This document shows positions 63,897 to 64,000 of a stretch of DNA of 64,000 nucleotides, in pieces. Within the stretch, counting starts at the first letter, position 1, and every line of letters begins with the position of its first letter. Origin of the DNA: Plasmodiophora brassicae (Eukaryota); the NCBI GenBank assembly GCA_036867785.1, contig CP145425.1:1-64000 (forward strand), given 5' to 3'. The notes under the pieces were generated by a model. That model saw nothing but the letters and a program-made list of their open reading frames with translations. It was not told the origin of the DNA and made no database searches. A program made the translations under genes and the position numbers.

Positions 63897-64000
63897 ATGG
63901 TCGACGGCGACGGCGCTCGCGTAGTACCGTATGAGTGCAGCGTGCTGGTCGATGGGCGCCCGGTGCAGTGCCGGGTCGATGCCGATCAGGTCGTGGTCGA
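63897..64000 (+). CDS. Possible 5' end of the next gene, truncated by the window
   Basis: ATG-initiated open frame MVDGDGARVVPYECSVLVDG, divergent from HPD. Confidence 0.3.
   Translation, partial: MVDGDGARVVPYECSVLVDGRPVQCRVDADQVVV

Overview
Left end of a compact, GC-rich eukaryotic chromosome. A (CCCTAAAA)n telomere (TTTTAGGG type, ~1-368) is followed within ~560 bp by densely packed genes with short (~50-80 nt) GT-AG introns. The telomere motif, intron size, GC content and a flagellar gene (MNS1) suggest a zoosporic protist, most plausibly Plasmodiophora brassicae or a relative; this is inference, not a search result. Recognisable genes: TmcB-like PAS membrane protein, acyltransferase-3, GLG1-like Cys-rich membrane protein, ER Hsp70 HYOU1/GRP170, EAF, RNase III-like protein, CCX exchanger, DExH helicase, beta-carbonic anhydrase, PIMT, p400/SWR1-like protein, two class-3 lipase genes, DUF924, a hotdog-fold protein, PH-RhoGAP, MNS1, Arc1p/EMAPII-like protein and HPPD. 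Most interesting: (1) a hand-spliced signal peptide + dead lipase-3 + LRR + TM receptor-like gene, much of it missing from the ORF track; (2) a truncated Mutator-type transposase folded back into a 126-bp near-perfect hairpin, resembling maize Mu killer, with a second inverted repeat nearby; (3) an HSA-SNF2-SANT protein with a degenerate ATPase, resembling a p400/Eaf1 intermediate; (4) a three-domain lipase with only one intact catalytic triad; (5) a Spn-E/TDRD9-like helicase with three unusual C2HC fingers. All family calls are motif recognition by eye, and exon boundaries are hand-derived.
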